This document shows positions 15,789 to 24,751 of a stretch of DNA of 34,082 nucleotides, piece after piece (the stretch's first letter is position 1; every line of letters begins with the position of its first letter). The DNA lies in the IMG/VR virus record IMGVR_UViG_3300046705_000076, positions 1-34,082 of that record. One strand, 5' to 3'. Made by a program: the position numbers and the translations under genes. Below the pieces are notes generated by a model that ran no database searches, was not told the DNA's origin, and saw nothing but the letters and a program-made list of their open reading frames with translations. This DNA is from a virus (Duplodnaviria; Caudoviricetes).

Positions 15789-17806
15789 GAACCCCCGTTC
15801 AGATGTTGATTAAACCTTGAACGATTAGTTCGGTACACGAGGGCGGGCTCGTCACGCGCCTCAAACAAGGTGCCGTGATCGACCGCCTCAGCGTCGCGCA
15901 TGACCTCCAGTGCCGACTCGGCGTACTGGGGACCACATGCGGGTGTCTGCTCCAGGTCACCCACCACACGCAACGTGATGCCCTCCTCCTCAGCGATCCG
16001 GGCAATGCGCACCCCGGCGCGCTCCCCGGCGTGGCCGTTCAGGGCCTGGAACACGTCCACAGCCGAGGGCACCACGAGGTCGTCGGCGCCGTCCCACAGC
16101 GCGATATGCCCGACACTGACCTGCTCGGCGTCGTCGGGGATGCCCCCGGCCAGGAACGACCAGCTGTAGGACACCTGGGCTGCTGGCCGGGCCTGAAACC
16201 CTGCGGCGGTGCCCGAGTCGATCAACCGGCCGTCGATGAACACCTGCCAGTCGGTGTCAGACCCGTTTTCCTCGGTCGACAGCCGCAGGTGCCGCATCTG
16301 GTCGTCGAAAAACGCGGGCTGGTCCATCACGGACAGCTCGGTGAACGTGCCCGACGGCGACCCGTCGAACTCGCGCACGAAAAGGCGGATGTCCGGCACC
16401 GCGAAGTCCATCCGGATGCGCCACTGCACCCCGGTGCCGTCCGCGTCCAGGTGCGAGATCACGGTGAACCGGTCCTCACCACCGCTGCGCGCCCGGACCA
16501 CGTCAGCGGACCACGCCACTGGGCTGGTATCCACCCGGTCGATGAGCCCGGTGATGGCGCCCCGGTCGGTGCGGGTCTGAGCCACCGGCTCCATCCACGG
16601 TTCGAGATTGCCTTGGGCCCAGTCCAGAAAGTCGAGCTTGCGGGTGATGGCGCCGCTGGGCCTGCGGATCAGGTCGGTGACACTCATCGCGTGCGGCCCC
16701 ACATCGGGGCTGGCCGTCACAGCCGACCCGCCGTCGGTGAGCGGCCAGTACGCCAAGGGCTCCGACGCGCGGATGAACCGGCGCACCGCCGACCGCTCGG
16801 GTCCGGCGCCTTGGGCGAACCGGCGCAGCAACCCGGCGGCGCGCAGGGTGACCCACACGTCGTTGCCGGACAGGTCCCACCGGACCGGCCACTCCGACAC
16901 CTCGCCGGCGAACCGAAACAGCTGATCGCCGTTGACCACCAGCGACAGCCGGATGGGAGTGTTCCGGCGCAACACCCCGAAGTGCGGGCTGTCGGGGTTA
17001 CGGGGCGAGTACTGGCCGCCCCGGTTGTTGAGGATCAGGGTCATGCTGGCTGGGTCGGTCGCACCAGCCCAATCCGAGCGGCCCCGGGTGATGGTGACGT
17101 CGTCGGTGTCGCGCACATCGCCGCTGATGTCCACCCAGTCCTCACCCAGCTGGATCTCGGTGCGGATGGTGAGCGGGAACTCGATATCGGCCGGGGGTTC
17201 GGGGTCGGGCACCAGCAGCACAGCGGTCGCCGACATCAACCCCACGGTGGTCGGGCTGGTCTCCAGGGTGAACACTGGGGACGGGCCCTCGTCCAGGTCT
17301 GCTAGCCAAGCCGAGTGCCAAGATCGGGGCAGGTCATCGATGGTGGTCAGACCGGCCGGGATCCAGACCTTGCCGACCTCGTCCGGGTGGAAGCCCCCGG
17401 CGACTAGGGCGTCGCCCTCCTGGGCCTGGAGCGAGGGCAGGTCGATCTCGGACAGGCCACCGCCGGAGTTGGTGGACTGGGTACGGATCCGCTGCACGCC
17501 GCGGAACGCCACCACGTCTAGGAAGTGCCAGTGGTCCCCGCCCCATTCCACGGTGTAGTCGAGCGGCTCGTCCTCGATGTCCTCGGTGATCTCCTTGGAC
17601 AGCACCCATATGGTGGCGTCAGCGCCCGGGTCTAGAAGCTCCTCGGACAGCACCGCCCAGTCCTCGGGCACGCTGACCAGGTCGGGCTCTTCGTTGGCGG
17701 ACGCGAACATGACCATGCGGTCGCCGGTCTGGACGCCCTCGGGCCGGTCCACGGTGACGCTGGCTTGGAAACCCCCGGCGAACGCCGATCCGACGAAGGT
17801 GATCAT
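15785..17806 (-). CDS. Minor tail protein (with LamG-like region)
   Basis: WVDISGDVR..ITRGR..LNNRGGQYSPRNP..RNTPIR and PLAYWPL motifs of actinophage tail proteins; directly after the tape measure. Confidence 0.85.
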   Translation of the reverse strand: MITFVGSAFAGGFQASVTVDRPEGVQTGDRMVMFASANEEPDLVSVPEDWAVLSEELLDPGADATIWVLSKEITEDIEDEPLDYTVEWGGDHWHFLDVVAFRGVQRIRTQSTNSGGGLSEIDLPSLQAQEGDALVAGGFHPDEVGKVWIPAGLTTIDDLPRSWHSAWLADLDEGPSPVFTLETSPTTVGLMSATAVLLVPDPEPPADIEFPLTIRTEIQLGEDWVDISGDVRDTDDVTITRGRSDWAGATDPASMTLILNNRGGQYSPRNPDSPHFGVLRRNTPIRLSLVVNGDQLFRFAGEVSEWPVRWDLSGNDVWVTLRAAGLLRRFAQGAGPERSAVRRFIRASEPLAYWPLTDGGSAVTASPDVGPHAMSVTDLIRRPSGAITRKLDFLDWAQGNLEPWMEPVAQTRTDRGAITGLIDRVDTSPVAWSADVVRARSGGEDRFTVISHLDADGTGVQWRIRMDFAVPDIRLFVREFDGSPSGTFTELSVMDQPAFFDDQMRHLRLSTEENGSDTDWQVFIDGRLIDSGTAAGFQARPAAQVSYSWSFLAGGIPDDAEQVSVGHIALWDGADDLVVPSAVDVFQALNGHAGERAGVRIARIAEEEGITLRVVGDLEQTPACGPQYAESALEVMRDAEAVDHGTLFEARDEPALVYRTNRSRFNQHLNGGS

Positions 17807-20800
17807 CGGCCACCCCCACCGAGGACGACTTGGACGTTCCCGCCGCCGCGCACCTTGATCTGCTTGCGCAGCCGTCGGATCATCTCGTCGTCGTCGCCCT
17901 TGAGGTTGATCTCAACGACGATGGGTTCAGCGCCGATCGGCTCCGGGGATCCGGTGTTGTTGTAGGCGAGGGTGTAGCCGGGTGGCAGATACCCGCCCTG
18001 GTCGTAGGTTTGAGCGTTGCTGAAGATGTCGCGGAGTGCAGCCATCGGCTCTGACGGTGCGGGCTCCCAGCCTTTGTCCTGCATGACGAACTCGCGGGGG
18101 TCGACCATGCCGCCGCGGGCGAACGACGGCCGGAACAGAGCCCCGCCCGACTTCGTGCCCTTGCCGACGTTGTTGCCCTCGTTACCGCCAACCCCCATGC
18201 CGCCCTTTTCGGTCGCCAACCGGACGTGGTCGGTTCCGAAAACCTGCACGTCAGCGGGGCGCCGCTGCGACCCCGGGACCCGCTTCATGCCGGACGTGTA
18301 GTAGTCGCCCGTCCACGCCGTCCTGGACGCGCCCTTGAGCGCGCTGCTGTTCTTGGTCTTGGCGAACAGCCAAGAGATGAACTGAGCACACCAGGGGGCG
18401 CCCGGCATCCCATACCAGGACGTGATCGCATTCCTGTTGCTGCCGTTGGGGACCTCTGGGTAACGCCCCACACTCTTCTCAGCGAGCTTGACGACGCCCT
18501 TGGCGCCCTTCCCGATCTCCAGGTCGTCCTTGTGCTTGCGGATCGTGTCCTTGATCGCCCCGTTGGCGGCACGCACCTCGTGGTAGCCCGCACCAGGAAC
18601 GTCGTTGCCGCGACCGGTGCGGGCGGCGGTCGCTGCGAGGATGCCGTTCAACGCCTGGTTACCGGCGGCGACCACACCGCCGGGGCCGTCGAAGTCGTTC
18701 TTGCCCTGGGTACGGAACGCGTCGGCGAGACCGACGATGCCTCCCCCGGCGAACCCCTCCAGCAGTAGCTCGCCCGCACGCGATTTCAGCCGGTTGGCGG
18801 CGTCGATGAACGCCTTGCCGCCCAGCGCGCTTGTGGTCTGAGGGGTGAGCACACCCTCGCCGTCACGGACCGCAGCGAGCCGGTTGTCCTTCTCGGAGTA
18901 CCCGGACAGCTTCCCGCCCTTGCGCAGATCAACCATGCCGCCGCGCTCGAACCCGCGCACCGCAGGCATCTTGCTCAGCCCCGGGACCTTACCCGCCACG
19001 GTGTTCCACACCCCGCGCAAACCCTTATTCACCACCGGGTTGATCAGGAACCGCACGGGACCTGCTACGGCTTGGCGCAGACCAGCCCAGGCGGTCGCCA
19101 CACCGCGCACTGTCTGCGCGAACCCGCGGACGATGCTGGTACCCATCCGCTTGAACGTCTCTGACAGGACGGTAGCCAGGCTCTTGGAGTCCGCACCCAG
19201 CCGGGTCGACATGGCCGCGAACACCTGCACCGCGATCTGCGACATCGACACCATCTGCTGGATGGCAGCGGCGTTCATCGCGGCCGCCTGCTTCACCGCT
19301 TCAGTGCTCATCCCAGTGAACCCGGCACCCACACCAGCGGGGAGTTTCCCGGTTTCGGCGATGATCCCGGACACCATGTCCGGGATGATCGAGTTCCCCC
19401 ACAGCCGGTCGGACAGGTCCTGGACGGTGTCGCCGATCCCGCTACTGACGGTTTCCACCGTCTCCTTGGCTGTGTTCCACGCCTCGTTCATTGTCTGGAT
19501 GGCACCAACGACGATCTTGATCGCCCCGACCACGATCCTGGCCATGGTGCCGATGGCCTTGACCGTGAACACGACGACGGCGATGACGGTGTCGCCGTGG
19601 TCGTCCCACCACTCCATGGCGTTTTCCAACATCACGATGACGCCCCGGAAGAAGTTCCGGATCGTCTCGGTGACCGTGGGGCCGTTTTCATCCCACCACG
19701 CGCGCACTTCGTCGAACGCAGCGACCATCCGCGCGAACACCTCGTCGCCGTTTTCATCCCACCACGCTTTGACCTGCTGGAACGCGTCGATGATCTGCCG
19801 ACGGATTTCCGGCCAATTCTCCTGGACCCAGTCCAGCAAATCCTGGAAGCCCGGTTTGATGCCGTTGTTCCACACGTCCAACCAGATATCGCGGATGGTT
19901 TTGAAAGCGACCACCGCGATTTTCTGTATCTTCGGCCAGGTTTCCCCCCACCAGGCACTGAGGGCATCCAGGCCGGGGCGAAGGTTTCCTTCCCAGAAAT
20001 CAGCCCAGGCTTGTTTGACGCGCTCCAACACACCAATGATGGTGCCGCGGAAGGTTTCGGCATTCTCCCAAGCGTGTTTGAGAGCCACCGCCAGAACGGC
20101 GACCACGGCCACGACAGCGCCCACGGGGGTGGCCACGAGGCTGAATACGGCGGACAGGCCCGCGATCACACCGGCGCCCAAAGCCAGACCGGCCAGCACC
20201 ACACCCAGAGTCTTGATGGCGGTGATGACCGGGCCGATGATCTTCGGGTTCTCCTTGGCCCAGTCCAGGAACCCGTTGATGACCGGCATCACTTTGTTCT
20301 CGATGAAGTCCACCACAGCGGATTTCATCGTGCGTTTGAGTTGCTCCAGACGCATCCCGAACGTTTGTTCTAGTGTGTTCCCGGCCCGTTCGGCCGCGCC
20401 CCCGACGTCGCCTAGCGCTGCGACCGCTTCGGACGGGTCCAGCGCGAACAGGGCGTCGCCCATGTCCTCGGCCTTGGTGCCGAACAGCTCCACCGCTATG
20501 GCGTTGCGGGTGGCTTCGTCCTCGATGCCGCGCAGCTGGTCGAGTACCCCGTCGAACGCGGCAGCCGCCTCCGGTCCGCCCTTGGCGAAGGTGGACACCA
20601 TCTGGTCGGCGTTCAGGCCCAGCGACTCGAACCCGCCCCGGGCGCGGTCGGAGCCCTGGACCGCTTCGATGGTGAATTCCTTGATGGCGTCGGCCACCAC
20701 GTCGGCGTCCCGGGCTCCGGCCTGGAGGCCCTGCGTGATCAGGCCCATGGCCTGCTCGCCGCCCAGCCCCAGGGTGCGGAACTGGGTGGAGTACTCCGAG

Positions 20801-21690
20801 AAGGTGTCCAGCAGGTCCTGGGCTTCGTTGCCTCCGGCCTGAGCTCCAGCGATCAGGAGGTCGAAAGCCTCGTCGGCACTGTCGACCAGGTCGGTTTTGA
20901 GGAGCTTGCCTACTGCCCGGGTGGTGCGGCCCACGTCCTCGCCCAGCACCTGGGACACCACCAGCGCGTTCCGGCTGATGTCCTCCAGTTCGGCGTTGGT
21001 GGCGTCGCCCAAACCCTCGATGTTCTGGACGGTGCCGCGCAAAGCCTCCGACACCTGGTCCAGGCTGTCCCCGTACCCCTGGACGTACAGCGAACCGGCC
21101 ACCTCGCCCAGACGCTCGGACTCGGCGCCGAACGCGCCCACCCGGGCGCTCAGCAGCGCGATGGTCTGTTCCTTGCCGATAGCGTCGGTGAACCCGTCGA
21201 TGAACAGGACTCCCGCCGCGACGCCGACGGCGGCCACGGGGCCAAGGGCCGCGCCGAGCCCGGCCAAGCCCGCACCGATCCCTTTGGTGAAGCCCAGGCC
21301 GCCCTTCTTGCCGCTGGACTCGAACCGGCCCTGGGCGCCGCGCAGCGCCGGGTCCACGACGCGGCGGGTCTGGTTACTCATCTGCTTGGACGCGGTTTTA
21401 CCGAACCCGTCAGCGAACGCGTTCCCGCCTCGACGGCCAGCAGACGCGAACTCGCGCTCGGCACGCTGAACCGGGACCATCGCGTGTTGAACGGTGCGGG
21501 TCATCTGCCGTGTGGCGGTCGTATCGAAACCCTTAACGAACCCGGCACCGCCGGTGCGTCCGGCGCGAGCGGCGGTCTTCTCGATACCCGCGAAGTCTCG
21601 GCGGATGGAACGTTGAGTGCGCTGCATCTGCCGGTCGAACTTGCGGATATCCGCGTCGAGGACAACGGTGAGTTCTTCGATCGCCGCCAC
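17803..21690 (-). CDS. Tape measure protein with C-terminal CHAP-like peptidoglycan hydrolase domain
   Basis: 1295 aa, Ala/Gly-rich, with DLLDTFSEYS..ADAIKEF..LFGTKAED minor-tail domain, Trp-periodic repeats and PWCAQF..DHV..GGNEGN. Confidence 0.95.
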   Translation of the reverse strand: MAAIEELTVVLDADIRKFDRQMQRTQRSIRRDFAGIEKTAARAGRTGGAGFVKGFDTTATRQMTRTVQHAMVPVQRAEREFASAGRRGGNAFADGFGKTASKQMSNQTRRVVDPALRGAQGRFESSGKKGGLGFTKGIGAGLAGLGAALGPVAAVGVAAGVLFIDGFTDAIGKEQTIALLSARVGAFGAESERLGEVAGSLYVQGYGDSLDQVSEALRGTVQNIEGLGDATNAELEDISRNALVVSQVLGEDVGRTTRAVGKLLKTDLVDSADEAFDLLIAGAQAGGNEAQDLLDTFSEYSTQFRTLGLGGEQAMGLITQGLQAGARDADVVADAIKEFTIEAVQGSDRARGGFESLGLNADQMVSTFAKGGPEAAAAFDGVLDQLRGIEDEATRNAIAVELFGTKAEDMGDALFALDPSEAVAALGDVGGAAERAGNTLEQTFGMRLEQLKRTMKSAVVDFIENKVMPVINGFLDWAKENPKIIGPVITAIKTLGVVLAGLALGAGVIAGLSAVFSLVATPVGAVVAVVAVLAVALKHAWENAETFRGTIIGVLERVKQAWADFWEGNLRPGLDALSAWWGETWPKIQKIAVVAFKTIRDIWLDVWNNGIKPGFQDLLDWVQENWPEIRRQIIDAFQQVKAWWDENGDEVFARMVAAFDEVRAWWDENGPTVTETIRNFFRGVIVMLENAMEWWDDHGDTVIAVVVFTVKAIGTMARIVVGAIKIVVGAIQTMNEAWNTAKETVETVSSGIGDTVQDLSDRLWGNSIIPDMVSGIIAETGKLPAGVGAGFTGMSTEAVKQAAAMNAAAIQQMVSMSQIAVQVFAAMSTRLGADSKSLATVLSETFKRMGTSIVRGFAQTVRGVATAWAGLRQAVAGPVRFLINPVVNKGLRGVWNTVAGKVPGLSKMPAVRGFERGGMVDLRKGGKLSGYSEKDNRLAAVRDGEGVLTPQTTSALGGKAFIDAANRLKSRAGELLLEGFAGGGIVGLADAFRTQGKNDFDGPGGVVAAGNQALNGILAATAARTGRGNDVPGAGYHEVRAANGAIKDTIRKHKDDLEIGKGAKGVVKLAEKSVGRYPEVPNGSNRNAITSWYGMPGAPWCAQFISWLFAKTKNSSALKGASRTAWTGDYYTSGMKRVPGSQRRPADVQVFGTDHVRLATEKGGMGVGGNEGNNVGKGTKSGGALFRPSFARGGMVDPREFVMQDKGWEPAPSEPMAALRDIFSNAQTYDQGGYLPPGYTLAYNNTGSPEPIGAEPIVVEINLKGDDDEMIRRLRKQIKVRGGGNVQVVLGGGGR
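19681..19767. repeat. 21-nt direct repeat (GCCGTTTTCATCCCACCACGC) spaced 66 bp, encoding AWWDENG tape-measure repeats
   Basis: Identical copies start at 19681 and 19747, giving a 22-aa period. Confidence 0.85.
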
Positions 21691-21699
21691 GCTTCCCCC

Positions 21700-22076
21700 T
21701 TATTCGTCGCGGTGTTTGACCGTGCCGCCGAACGCCTTCGTGAGCGCGATCAGTTTGTCCTTCATCCGCTCCGGTGCCATCCGCTCACGTTCACCGGAAG
21801 GCTTAGTCGCCCCCCACTTGGGGATGAAGTCAGAGATCTGCCACTGCTTGGTGCGCTTCCCCTTCTGCTTGCCTTGCAGCATGCTGGTGACGCGCTCAGC
21901 GACCATCGCCGCGAGAATGTCATCGCGTTCCTGCCCCAGGAATCCAGTGACCCGCTCATAGGCTTGCCAGTAGGTGAACTCCCGCGAGGACATGTGGGTG
22001 AGCATGTCCTCCACATTGCGGGCGCCCAGGTGTCCGGCTAGTCGAAAAGCGAATCGGAGCCCTGGGTGTCGTCGAA
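21700..22076 (-). CDS. Tail assembly chaperone, frameshift extension (gpT/GT-like)
   Basis: The -1 frame is open from the slippery site: RRHPGLRFAFRLAGHLGARNVEDMLTHMSSREFTYWQAYE.., a typical actinophage gpT segment. Confidence 0.8.
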
Positions 22077-22436
22077 ATCCTCCTCGGCCTCCTCGGTCGC
22101 GTCGTCGTCCATACCTGAGATGGACATGATCTTGTCGCGGATCCGCTGGATGGGCGCGGCGCTCTTGTTGCCGAGCTTGTCCACGTCACCAGGGGTGAAG
22201 ATGGGCTTGCCGTCCTCGTCGACCACGCACCACGCGATCATCTGGAGGTGGATCTTGCCGAGCCGGTTGAAGCCCTTCTTCGACTGGTAGATCTCCGCCA
22301 TATCCCCCTGGATGCGGGTGCGCTGCATCGCAGTCAGGGGCTTGATACGGACCATTCCTCCCCACTCGGATACGTCGACGTCGGTGTATGCGATGTCGTC
22401 GGCGCCGAGAATGTCATCGCGTCCCAGGAATGCCAC
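22038..22436 (-). CDS. Tail assembly chaperone (gpG-like)
   Basis: GTG at 22436 in a TAGTG overlap with GGAGG RBS. VDVSEWGG.V.IKPLT and CVVDEDGKPIF motifs; lies between tail tube and tape measure. Confidence 0.88.
   Translation of the reverse strand: MAFLGRDDILGADDIAYTDVDVSEWGGMVRIKPLTAMQRTRIQGDMAEIYQSKKGFNRLGKIHLQMIAWCVVDEDGKPIFTPGDVDKLGNKSAAPIQRIRDKIMSISGMDDDATEEAEEDFDDTQGSDSLFD
22074..22080 (-). promoter_or_regulatory. Programmed -1 ribosomal frameshift site G GAT TTC
   Basis: In frame near the 3' end of the chaperone gene. A -1 shift enters the open frame of 21700..22014. Confidence 0.7.
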
Positions 22437-22858
22437 TAGGAAACCTCCTCGAAGGCGGGCTTGCCGCTGATCTTGAACGTAAAGTCCGCGCCCATCGCGT
22501 CTTCCATGGGGAAGGTGAGCCCCATGTTGGTGATGAACGCGGCGAAGTTCCAAGTACCGCCGGGGGTGTCCGGGAGCCGGATCTGGTAGTTGCGGGTGAT
22601 CGGGTCATCGAAGTCGTCGATGAGGGCGTTGTGCAGGTCGGGGTCGTAGCGGACGGTGAACGTGACCTCGCCGCCGTCCTTGAGGCCGCCGACCCATTCC
22701 CGGAACGCGTCCGGGGAGTCATGCGAGGTGACCTCGATGGTGTCGCGCGACATTTCCGGGCCGGAAATGTCGGTGGCTTCTCCGACAAGGTCGAAACCTT
22801 CGGGGGAACCGCCGTCACCCCGGAAGAACTGTGAGCCGAAGGCATTGAAACCGGCCAT
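22436..22858 (-). CDS. Major tail (tube) protein
   Basis: ISGPEMSRDTIEVTSHDS..EWVGGLKDGGEV..FKISGKP, lambda gpV/TP901-like. Ends FEEVS. Confidence 0.92.
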   Translation of the reverse strand: MAGFNAFGSQFFRGDGGSPEGFDLVGEATDISGPEMSRDTIEVTSHDSPDAFREWVGGLKDGGEVTFTVRYDPDLHNALIDDFDDPITRNYQIRLPDTPGGTWNFAAFITNMGLTFPMEDAMGADFTFKISGKPAFEEVS

Positions 22859-22904
22859 TGTTCGTGGACCTCCACTGGTGTTGGTGTGGACGTCCCAGGT
22901 GAGC

Positions 22905-22965
22905 GGAGGCCCCCTGTGCCCCTGGGAAAGCCGGGGGCCTCCTACCTCCGGTGATCAGCCGGAGG
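22905..22965. promoter_or_regulatory. Tandem hairpins upstream of the tail tube gene
   Basis: GGAGGCCCCC/GGGGGCCTCC 10-bp stem (22905-22942) and CCTCCGG/CCGGAGG stem (22945-22965). Confidence 0.55.
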
Positions 22966-22985
22966 CGTCTATGGGCGGGGTTAGG

Positions 22986-23417
22986 TCATAGGGGCTCCTG
23001 CTCGGTGATCCACTCGAACGTCACCGGCACATGGCGGATGAGCGGGTCGGGGTCGCGCATCGGCCGGGCGTCAACCAGCCGGATCGCCTGCAAACGGTGG
23101 CCGTCAACAAGCGAGTCCACATCGTTCTCACGGTGGTCGAACAGTTGGGTGAGTTCGGCAGCGATCCGCATGGCGGGCCCGAACCCGTGACGGCCCTTGT
23201 CCCACACGTGCAGCGTGGTGCGCACCCGACGTCCGAACCGTCCGTGGACGTTGTCGGGGGTCTCGCTTGCCTCGCCGACGGTCACATAGGGGTAGGGCTC
23301 GTCCTCGGGTACGAAGTCCCACAGTGGCACCGACAGTCCGTCGTCCGCTCGGGTCACGATCGCGGCCTGTACCGGTTCCAGTGCGCTCGTAGCAACCGGA
23401 GTGACCTGGAAACTCAC
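22986..23417 (-). CDS. Tail terminator (DUF3168 / SPP1 gp17-like)
   Basis: WDFVPEDEPYPYVTVGE, TLHVW and RDPDPLIRHVPVTF motifs; position in the module. Confidence 0.85.
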   Translation of the reverse strand: MSFQVTPVATSALEPVQAAIVTRADDGLSVPLWDFVPEDEPYPYVTVGEASETPDNVHGRFGRRVRTTLHVWDKGRHGFGPAMRIAAELTQLFDHRENDVDSLVDGHRLQAIRLVDARPMRDPDPLIRHVPVTFEWITEQEPL

Positions 23418-23791
23418 CGACGCCCACCCCGCTTCAGTTCGGCGTCTAGGTGCTGACGCACCAACGCAGGGAACAGGAGGGTGACGGCCTGCACGGTCGG
23501 GCGGATGTAGGGCTGTGCGGCCATCCGGGAGGTACCGAACTCCACGAAGATCGCATAGTCGACCTCCAGCCCCGGTCCGGCTTTGGCGGTAGTGCCTTCG
23601 ACCTCGTGGCGGATGCTGTCGCGCAGCCGTCCGGTGTCGACGGGGACGAGGGACTTCATGCCGGTTTCGAGGGCCTGACCGGCGTCCTTCACCGCGGCTT
23701 CGGTGGCACGGCGCACACGCGGCCGGAGCATGCGGATCCTGTCGACCAGCGAGTCCACACCGCGCACCTCCACACTCAACGCACCGGGCAT
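23414..23791 (-). CDS. HK97 gp10-family neck protein
   Basis: PVDTGRLRDSI and YAIFVEFGTSRMAAQPYIRP. Confidence 0.9.
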   Translation of the reverse strand: MPGALSVEVRGVDSLVDRIRMLRPRVRRATEAAVKDAGQALETGMKSLVPVDTGRLRDSIRHEVEGTTAKAGPGLEVDYAIFVEFGTSRMAAQPYIRPTVQAVTLLFPALVRQHLDAELKRGGRR

Positions 23792-24159
23792 CAGGACGCC
23801 TCCTCAGTGATCTCGACCTGGAACACCTCGGTGTCCAACCTCAAGTAGGTGTCCGCCTTGGAGGGGTGGATCGCGTCCTTGACCCGAAACCCCTCACCCG
23901 TGGCCGCATCCTCCAGTTCGTCGCCGCGGCGGATGTCGGCGTCCGGTTCCGCGTACACCGGGTAGGTCAGCTCCGCGGCCCCCTGCTGCGGCCCGACCTG
24001 TGTGCGCGCCATCACCCGCTCTGTGGCGGACGGCTGGGACACACGCACGTCCACCTGCCCCTGGAGCACACGGGTCTCATCCAAACCGCCAGTGGAGTTG
24101 CGGACGGTCTCGACCCGAAAGTGGTCCAGGGTGCGGTTCAGCAGGTGCTGGATGCTCAT
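23791..24159 (-). CDS. Head closure (head-tail joining) protein
   Basis: ATG 24159 with AAGGAGG RBS; DADIRRGDEL motif; position. Ends TEEAS. Confidence 0.8.
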   Translation of the reverse strand: MSIQHLLNRTLDHFRVETVRNSTGGLDETRVLQGQVDVRVSQPSATERVMARTQVGPQQGAAELTYPVYAEPDADIRRGDELEDAATGEGFRVKDAIHPSKADTYLRLDTEVFQVEITEEAS

Positions 24160-24187
24160 GCGGTGCTGCCTCCTTTCGATGTGCAGG

Positions 24188-24751
24188 TCAGAAGAGGAAC
24201 CCGGCTTCTTGTGGGTCTTTGGCAAGCAATTCGTGATGCTCTCGCCACACCTCGAAGATCTGCCGGTCGACCTCGAACGCTTCGGGCGCCATCACGCCCT
24301 TCTTGCGGTTGCATGTCTGACAGCACCACTTGGTGTTGGTTCGGTAGTAGGGCGGCTTGTTCCGATCAACGACGTCGAGGGTGATGTCGCCCAGCCCGTG
24401 GCCCATCTCGCTGTACTGGTGACCGCAGTAGTTGCAGCCGTTGCCGTACTGGAATTCGGCGTCATGGGCGAGGCGTTCGGGCTCCCAGCCGTAGCGCTGG
24501 ATCAGATGGTCTTTGGCGATCTCAAAGCGCACGGCATGGCGGCGGATCACGTCGCGGGCTTTGACCGCCCACCGGTTGCTGATCTTCTTGGAGTCCCGCG
24601 CGGTCTGCTCGCAGGGGCGGCAGGTATACCGAGTGCGCCGCGAGACTTGGTGGCGAGATGCATCCTGCCACCGGCCCGTCCGGAACGCGCCCTCGACGAG
24701 GTGCGACGGGTACGTGGTGCCGCACCGGTTACAGCGGCGGCCATCAAGCAT
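24188..24751 (-). CDS. HNH-like zinc-binding protein, atypical catalytic motif
   Basis: CNRC..CRPC N-terminus; CNYCG..ITLDVVD..N..CCQTCNRKKG. Confidence 0.65.
   Translation of the reverse strand: MLDGRRCNRCGTTYPSHLVEGAFRTGRWQDASRHQVSRRTRYTCRPCEQTARDSKKISNRWAVKARDVIRRHAVRFEIAKDHLIQRYGWEPERLAHDAEFQYGNGCNYCGHQYSEMGHGLGDITLDVVDRNKPPYYRTNTKWCCQTCNRKKGVMAPEAFEVDRQIFEVWREHHELLAKDPQEAGFLF

Noticed and set aside
18845-20842. 665-aa plus-strand ORF, and other long antisense ORFs such as 12591-13907, 15875-17305, 29320-30387 and 3905-5062
   Set aside because: Shadow frames of well-supported genes in high-GC DNA, with no recognisable motifs.
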